Shown: positions 62,174 through 64,000 of the stretch, piece after piece
Layout: each line of letters starts with the position of its first letter
How positions within the stretch are numbered: the first letter of the stretch is position 1
NCBI GenBank assembly: GCA_043228905.1
Contig: JBHGNT010000015.1
Span: 12,090,001-12,154,000 of the forward strand
Direction of reading: 5' to 3'
Source: Azolla caroliniana
Taxonomy: Eukaryota > Plantae > Polypodiophyta
DNA: 64,000 bases
Notes under the pieces: generated by a model
Seen by the model: the letters and a program-made list of their open reading frames with translations, nothing else
The model's database searches: none
Told to the model about the DNA's origin: nothing
Position numbers and translations under genes: made by a program

Positions 62174-62380
62174 TGTATGTATGTATGCATGCCACTCCAA
62201 ATTTGACTATTGTTTGTACAATATATTCTTTATTATCTCATTGAAATATCTAATATTTGATGGGCTTATGTAATTTTTTTCTATAGCATAATTGATAATA
62301 CCCTTATGTGAATATAATTTTTATGCATTTGTTAATACCCTTATATATATATACATTCTGTATCTCAATGGTTAATTTAA
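61203..62380. mobile_element. Left end of a hAT element (same family as 31934) followed by a (GA)n and (TA/TG)-rich low-complexity tract
   Basis: Starts TAGGGATCGGCAACGG with matching subterminal repeats and includes a ~187-bp internal duplication. No right TIR or TSD was found. Confidence 0.75.
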
Positions 62381-62424
62381 ACCCCTTTTGATGAACTCAC
62401 GTGCTATCATACAAGTTTTCACAG

Positions 62425-64000
62425 TGACGCCCCCGGGGGTTCCGCTTCCTGCGACCCATCTGGTTCCGCGCACCTCGACCTCCTTGGTCGGCTTGTTTAC
62501 TCGGCAGGCCCATGTCAGCTCACTCACAACCGCGACTCCGGCGCTTGTCGACCCGTCAGTTCCTTCATGTTGGCATCGACTTCCGTTGCCTCTTAGTCTG
62601 CATGGCCTTTAGTTGATCTAGCTCTTCCGAATCCAACTATTGAACCGAATCGGGTGTCTCCGATTCATTCTAGCTCTTGTCCAAATCAGTCGCTTCCGAT
62701 TCATTCCAGCTCTTGTCTAAGTTGGTGTTCTCCAACTCGTCTCTGGTTTTCAAGCCCTTCACCACATCAGACCACGTCTAGGTCTTGGCCTTCTTCTTCC
62801 GGTCGGCTCTGTCCTTTTTTACTTTGCCACCTCTGCCACTTGCTCCGACTTGTTCAGATGTGTCAACTTAATCTGTCGTCTCAACTTCCTTTTTCCTCTT
62901 GTCTCTCCCTGTGTTGGTTCTTCCCTCTTCGGCTCCTTGTTCGGTACCATCACCAATTTCTTTGCCTTTACCTGTTCTCCCCCTCAAGTGCGGCACGTCG
63001 AGATGCTGAATGTTGAGCATCTCCGAAAAATGTTGCAACTTGTCTGATCCGAGCGGCTTGGTGAAGATATCGACAACCTGCTGATCCATGTGAACATACC
63101 GAAGTTCAACTTCACCGCTCAGGACCCACTCACGAACAAAGTGATAATGCACTTCTATGTGCTTTGTCGGAGCATGGAATACAAGGTTCTTGGCAAGCTA
63201 AATGTTGCTCATGTTGTCACAATAGATCAAGATTGGGGTTAGTACCTCAATCCATAGGTCTTGTAGCAGTTGTCGAAGCCAAATGGCTTCACAGGTGGCA
63301 ACGGTAGCGCCCTGGTATTTAGCCTCAATGCTCGACAAAGCCACTGTTGGCTGTTTTTTGCTGCTCCACGCAACAATCGCCCTACCAAGAGAAAACATGT
63401 AACCGGAGGTGGATCGACGGTCCGATGCATCACCAACCCAGTCGGCATCTATGTATCCGACTAGCTCTTTAGTTAGACCATACCAGTATAACAGTCCCCT
63501 GTCCTTCGTGCCACTCACATATCACAATATTCGATGTGCGCACTGAAGGTGCTCCACGGTTGGCTTCTGCATGAACTGGTTGATCACTCAAACCAGATAA
63601 CTGATGTCGGGTCGAGTGATTTTCAAGTATATGAGGCTCCTGACAATCTGTCGGGTGATTGCAGGCCGGTCCGGAGTCGGGACCAAGCTTCTGATTCCGG
63701 TCCAGGGGTGTGGAGACAGGTCGGCATTCCGTCATGCCGAACTTGTACAGCATAATCAACACATAATGACGTTGTGAGAGCAATATGTCGTCGGGGGTTC
63801 AGATCAGCTCGATCCCAAGAAAATAATGAAGGCCCCCCAGGTCCTTCATTTCAAATGCATCCAATAGCTGGGAGGGACTTCACGCGGCCGATTTCATCGA
63901 GTTTGGGTCCGGTGATGACTAGATCATCTACATAAAGCAAGATGCAAACCGGACCGTTCGGATCTTTCTGGATGAACAATGAAGAGTCAGACTTAGAGGC
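62425..64000 (-). pseudogene. Degenerate Copia RT/RNase H and 3' region; runs off the window end
   Basis: LYVDDLVITG, GYIDADWVGDASDRRSTSGY, WSSKKQPTVALSS and HYHFVRE...DIFTKPL. Confidence 0.88.

Noticed and set aside
61295-62244. H/T/Y/I- and C/V/M-rich ORFs (also at 32071-32426)
   Set aside because: Translations of microsatellite and low-complexity DNA.

Overview
Plant nuclear DNA, mostly nested LTR retrotransposons around one host gene. A non-seed plant such as a fern is inferred from the Gypsy types present; this is not proven. The host gene is a 10-exon GRDP1/2-like (DUF1399) gene at 34154-41938 (+), about 803 aa. Left of it lie a ~4 kb tandem segmental duplication, a very young intact Ty1/Copia element (13994-19414, TSD GGTTG) inside a multi-layer nest, a Mutator-like fold-back MITE and a hAT MITE. 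Right of it lie a pol-less Gypsy-type LTR element (43131-47682, TSD AAACA) and a five-deep Copia nest. The most unusual feature is in the 43131-47682 element, which has no polypurine tract. Directly before its 3' LTR sits a sense copy of a tRNA 3' end (GTCCCACGGGCGTGCCA-GG-[TG..LTR]), complementary to its own PBS and set in a T-arm-like hairpin. This suggests tRNA-primed or tRNA-mimic-primed plus-strand synthesis. All coordinates and counts were read by eye and no database searches were run.
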